From the NCBI GenBank assembly GCA_043228905.1, contig JBHGNT010000006.1, positions 18,538,001 through 18,602,000 of the forward strand: DNA of 64,000 bases, written 5' to 3'. Positions 58,873 through 64,000 of this stretch are shown here, in pieces. The DNA comes from Azolla caroliniana. Taxonomy: Eukaryota; Plantae; Polypodiophyta. A model generated the notes under the pieces. It had not been told where the DNA came from, did no database searches, and worked only from the letters and a program-made list of their open reading frames with translations. Every line of letters begins with the position of its first letter. Position 1 is the stretch's first letter. The translations under genes were made by a program, and so were the position numbers.

Positions 58873-61800
58873 TGTTGGCCGGTCAGAAGAGCAAGGACAA
58901 GTGGGAAGGCGGAGTCGGATCGGATAGTAGAATTATTATTCGGAGGGACGGATCCGGTACAGTTGTACCGATCCGGATCCGGACCGATTCGGATGTCGGT
59001 TGCCTAAGCGCACCGATTGTAACCTTGCCGGATGCCTATAAAAGGATCTGATGATTTGTAAAAGGCTTTGACGGAAGTAATACAAAAGTAATTATTGTGT
59101 GTTTATCTGTATCTTCGTATTGTTTACCGTCTATGCTTAATTGTAATCATCTTACGTGTGTAACCTAGCATCCAATCCTTACCACCCCTTTGGAGAAGTG
59201 TCGGATAGACACCTGTGTTGAGGCTAGTCCGGCCAGGCAAACAACACTATTTTGGCGACCACGATTCCTGCAAAGTGCAGAGGACAACCGAGGGATGGAT
59301 GTCTAGACCAAACGACGACCACATCACTGAACGAGGGAGACGATACACCGAACGCGAGCAACGACGGGAAGCCCTGTAGAAAGCCGTCGACGAGATCCGG
59401 CGGGATCGGTCATTCTCCAAAACTCTTCGGAGAGTCGCAGAAGAAGCACCGCAGTTCCGGGTTCTGCAAATCCCCGACGAAGGCAGTAGCATAACAAGCC
59501 TGCAAGAGGCGGAAACGATACTACAGACGCTCGCCGGGGGCGACCGGGACTCGGAAGCATTCGCAACACTTGAGGCGGAGTCGGAAAGCGACGGAAGCGT
59601 TGCGTCCCGGTATAAAAGCAGCCACGACACACCAAACGACCCGGGGGAAGAGGGGTCGGAAGACTCAGTAACACCGGAGCCAGAGGAAGAATAACCTTGG
59701 AGTTCGGTGACCGGCAATCGCCGAGGGAGGCTGACCGGATACCGACAACACCCGCGAAGGAACCGAAGGAGCGGATACCGACAACACCCGCGGAGGAACC
59801 GAAGGACCGGACACCGGCAACACCCGCGGAGGAACTGAAGGAGCGGATACCGACAACACCCACGGAGGAACCAAAGGACCGGACACCGGCGACACCCGCA
59901 GAGGAACTGAAGGAGCGGATACCGGTACCAACCGCGGAGGAACCAAAGGTTCTCACACCGACGCCAACAACGGACAGAAAGCAGGAGAGTCAGTTGGACG
60001 ACACGATGCCGTACCCATACCCAAAGTACCGGGATGAGCCCGACGCAGAGGCACACGTGTACGCATTCCTCCAAACATGGGAAGCCAACCATGTCTCCCA
60101 AAGACTGATGGAGCCCGAAGCTGAACGATCCAAAGTTGCCGAATTCGGCATAACCTTAGAAGGACCGGCGGCCCGATGGCACGCAAAGCACTTACCGGGC
60201 AGCTTTGCCACATTCGATGCCTTGAAGGCCAAATTCCTCAGGCTTTTTCACAGACAAGTTGAGCAAAGGGAATTGGTCGGGCAGTTCTACACCACCCGGC
60301 ATGAAGAGAACGAGACTGTGCCACAATTCATCATTCGGTTTCAGACCCTGCATAGCCAACTGACGAGAGCACCACCTGAAGACGAAGCCAAAGCAGTCTT
60401 TTTGGCCACGCTGAAAGAGCCACTTCGAACAATGTGCGGAGTCCTTGATTTCCACACCAACACAATGGACCAAGTTATTGATCGGGTTTTAGAAATGGAC
60501 AAGACTAGCCCCCTCTTGTCGATGGGGATGTTACACCGGGCACTCCCGAAGGAGGAAAACCTGAGGTTCCGACAGGCCTTACAATGCACAACATGCCTAA
60601 ATTCGGGGCACTCAATAGTAGACTGCACCCTGCGGACACAATGTATGATCTGCAACTCTCGAGCCCATACAACGGACCGATGCGAATATAACCTGTTAAA
60701 TCGGCAGGCAGCACCGGTTCGACACATAGAACCGCGCAATCAGAACCCGGACGAGGATCGATTCCGGAGAGACGACCGCTACCAACGCGAACGCGGTAAC
60801 AGATACGCTGATAGAAGACGCGATAACTATGACCGAGAGGAGAGACGCAGAGATAGCTACCCCCGGGACCGGTATGACCGAGACGAATCCCCGGAATACG
60901 AACGACGCAGAGAAGAGAGGCGACAAGGGAACCGAAATTTCCGACGGAATCAGAAGTGTAGATTTTTCCGAAGAGAGGAACATCGGGAGGCAGCGAGGAA
61001 TGACAACCCGGTATCGGTACCGGATAACCGAAAAACAGAAGACGACCGCCGAAGCATACCCACCCTCCAAACCGGGGACAAAGGAGAAACGAGCAACAGT
61101 CACAAGGTGTACTGTTATTACTGTCGTAAGGAAGGCCACTATAGTAACCAATGCCCAAGCAAAACCAATGACAAGCAGCCGGAAGTCAACATGGTTACAG
61201 CCGAAATAACAGAAGTACAGCAAGTCACAACCCGGTCAAAGGGAAAGACCGCCGAGTGGGAAGCCCAGGAGGCAATCAGAAAGCAAGTGGCGCAATGGAT
61301 CAAGGAGGCCAATGAACATAATGCGGCAGAAGTAAGAGACCAAAATATGCCAAAAGACGAAGAAATCATACAGCCAGGAGAAAACCCGACGTGGCAAGCG
61401 CTATAGGACTGTCAAATCGTGTTGCCGTTAGCACGACTACTACAGTTGGTGCCACGGTTTACGGCAGACTTACAGGCATCCGTGAGCAAACCGAAGCCGA
61501 CACCAGCACCGGCATTCTTCTCCAACCCGGAGGAAGGACCAGCGGTGGTCGATACAAGTAGCCCGACGATCACGGCAATCGTGAAAGGAAAGGAAATTGC
61601 TGGAACGATTATTGACGGAGGCTCCGGGGTAAATGTCATCAGTCGATAGACATGCCACAACCTGGGCATCCGGGAATGGGAACCATGCCCCTTCTGGTTA
61701 CGCATGGCGGATACCAGCTCAGTCCGACCGACCGGGCTTATCCAGGATTTAGAAGTAACGATCGGAGGCCACGTATTCCGGATATCGGCCGTGGTGTTGC

Positions 61801-64000
61801 AGCTGAATGTACAAGGTGCGTACCCCCTACTGCTAGGACGACCATGGTTGCGAACAGCGCATATCAAGCAGAATTGGCAGAAGAACATGATCACATTCCG
61901 GCGAGGGAAAATAAAGGTACGAGTAACGACGCAACCACGGGTGATCACCAGTAAGGAAGCAACTCCATTGTATGCGGAAAGCATTAACATGTTGGAGGGA
62001 TTACCGGACGAGGAAGTCGAGCTGTACCTCGAGGAACACCCACGAATCATCCCACTATTTGAGGTGGATATCACGGCGGCAGTAGAACCGTACATTACAA
62101 CGCCGGATGAACCGGACCAAGCGGCGATCCGGGAACTGCGACAAGCGCAGGAATCCCTAGAGAGGGAAATGACGATATCCCAGAGGGTAAAAGCATCCCA
62201 ACTAGAGGAGGTGGACCTCGGCACAGCAGACAAGCCCCGACCGGTAAATGTTGCAAAGGAATTGCCGAAGGAAGAAAAGAAGGCAATGGTATCATTATTA
62301 ACAGACTTCAAGGATGTGTTCGCGTGGTCGTACGAAGACATGTGAGGGCTGAACCCCCAGCTCTATCAGCACCAAATTCACCTAAGTACGGACGCGAAAC
62401 CGATCGCTCAACGCAAGTACCGGATGAATCCGAATTATGCGGCGAAGGTGAAGGAGGAAATTGATAAGCCCCTCCGGGTCGGATTTATCCGGCCGGTCAA
62501 GCAGGCAACCTGGCTAAGTCCGATAGTGGTGGTCCCGAAAAAGAACGGCAAAATCCGGGTATGCGTGGACTATCGCAAACTAAATGCCGCAACAGTGACC
62601 GATACGTTTCCACTACCATTTACGGACGGGGTGTTAGATGCGGTAGCCGGCCACGAAGTTTACAGCTTCCTGGATGGATTTAGCGGCTACAACCAAATAC
62701 GAATGCACCCGACCGACCAGGAGAAGACAGCGTTCATTACGGAATGGGGCGTGTTCGTCGCGGTCGTGATGATGTTCGGACTAAAGACGGCTCCAGCGAC
62801 CTTTCAAAGGATAATAATGGAAATTTTCGGGGAATATATCCCCGGTTTTATGCAGGTCTTCCTTGACGATTTCGCGGTCTACAACCGGCACGGAGAGCAT
62901 CTCGATCACCTCCGGCTGTGCTTGGAGAAGTGCCGCGAGTACCGATTGAGCCTGAACCCGGCCAAGTGCGTCTTTGGAGTGGCAAGCGGCAACTTACTAG
63001 GGCACGTGGTGAGTAAGGAAGGAATCGCGGTAGATCCGGATAAAGTCAAGGTGATTCTCGAGGCACCAGCACCAAATAACGCAAAGGCTTTAAGCCGGTT
63101 CCTGGGCCAAATAAGGTGGCATAGCCGGATGATACGACACCTCGCAGACTTCGCTACACCATTACATACCGCCGTACACAGGGTACCCTTCCTATGGGCG
63201 GAGATGGAGGAGGAAAGCCTACCAAGCGTTGAAGGTTATGTTGTCCCACGCTCCGGTGGTGCAACCGCCGGATTGGAGTAAAAGCTTTCATGTCTTCGTC
63301 GACGCGTCGGACATAGCAATCGGCAGCGTTCTGATGCAACTCACGGAGCCGAAATGGTACCGACCGGTGTACTACGCAAGCCGGAAACTCTCAAAAGCAG
63401 AACGGAATTACTCTACGACGGAACGCGAGGCATTGGGAATGGTGTATAGTGTCACAAAGTACAGGCACTATCTGCTCGGAAGGAAGTTTTCCTTCCATGT
63501 CGACCATTCGGCACTACTCTACCTGGTCTCGAAGGCATCCCTGACGGGAAAAATTGCACGATGGACACTGCTGTTACAGGAATTTGAATTCGACATTTTC
63601 CACCGACTTGGGGCGCAGCATGCGGTAGCGGACTACCTAAGCAGACTCGAATCCGGAGAAGCAGGGGACGGCGTCCAGGATGAGTTCCCCGACGCCGAGT
63701 TGTTCCGGATCACGACGAAACCGGCAACGGATGCAACGGTAGCCGATGAAGACACGTGGCTAACTGAGATGCATCAGTTCCTGAGCACCGGAGTTCCCCC
63801 GGAGAACATGGACCGCGATGAAAGGAAAAGGGTAGCAGTAAGAAGCAGACATTTCTGCTTGGTTGGAGACACCCTCTATCACAAGGGGGAAGATGGCATC
63901 TGGAGACGAGCAGTGCGGAGCGATGAGAAGGATTTAATCCTCAGGGAAGCCCACTGTGGAATTGCCGGCAGGCATTATGCCGGCGACGCAACCGCTCGGA
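58873..64000 (+). mobile_element. Family B element B3 (runs past the window end)
   Basis: 5' LTR 58873-59246 (TGTTG...CAACA); PBS TGGCGACCAC at 59253-59262; gag-pol follows. Confidence 0.92.
59299..64000 (+). pseudogene. pol: B3 gag-pol (Gag, PR, RT, RH, start of integrase) with a few stops and frameshifts
   Basis: Collinear with B1; 36-bp tandem repeats near 59735-59960; three CCHC knuckles; IDGGSG, FLDDF, VDASD motifs. Confidence 0.92.

Noticed and set aside
59247-60101. Cys-rich antisense ORF of 284 aa
   Set aside because: It is a shadow of the 36-bp gag repeats on the opposite strand and is not conserved in B0 or B1.
61404-61406. TAG between gag and pol of B3 as a programmed read-through codon
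   Set aside because: B1 has WQALQECQI in frame at the same position, so this is a CAG>TAG decay mutation.

Overview
This window is almost entirely a multi-level nest of LTR retrotransposons from a land-plant genome (the lineage mix suggests a bryophyte such as a moss; this is inference). No host gene is visible. Five kinds of element occur. Family A is a non-chromovirus Ty3/gypsy with a tRNA-Trp PBS, 4-bp CG-centred TSDs, and a gag-protease / pol -1 frameshift; it is present as a near-intact copy (22433-29713), a diverged relative (32247-45035), a decayed host copy and two non-autonomous derivatives. Family B is an Athila/Tat-grade Ty3/gypsy with a tRNA-Arg-type PBS and a long extra 3' ORF; one copy spans 30274-58690 and holds four nested insertions. 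The others are Tnt1/Tork-like Ty1/copia elements (one intact at 38336-43762, one decayed), decayed chromovirus-like and other copia fragments, and a non-autonomous hAT-type element. The most unusual observation is in family B: it has no polypurine tract, and in its place sits a conserved tRNA-3'-half-like structure ending in CCA two bases before the 3' LTR. This could mean plus-strand synthesis is primed by a tRNA or a tRNA mimic. Also notable are the CG-centred integration of family A, tRNA-derived A/B-box modules inside family A LTRs, and a slippery site plus pseudoknot conserved by compensatory changes. All coordinates, identities and lineage names were read by eye, with no database searches.
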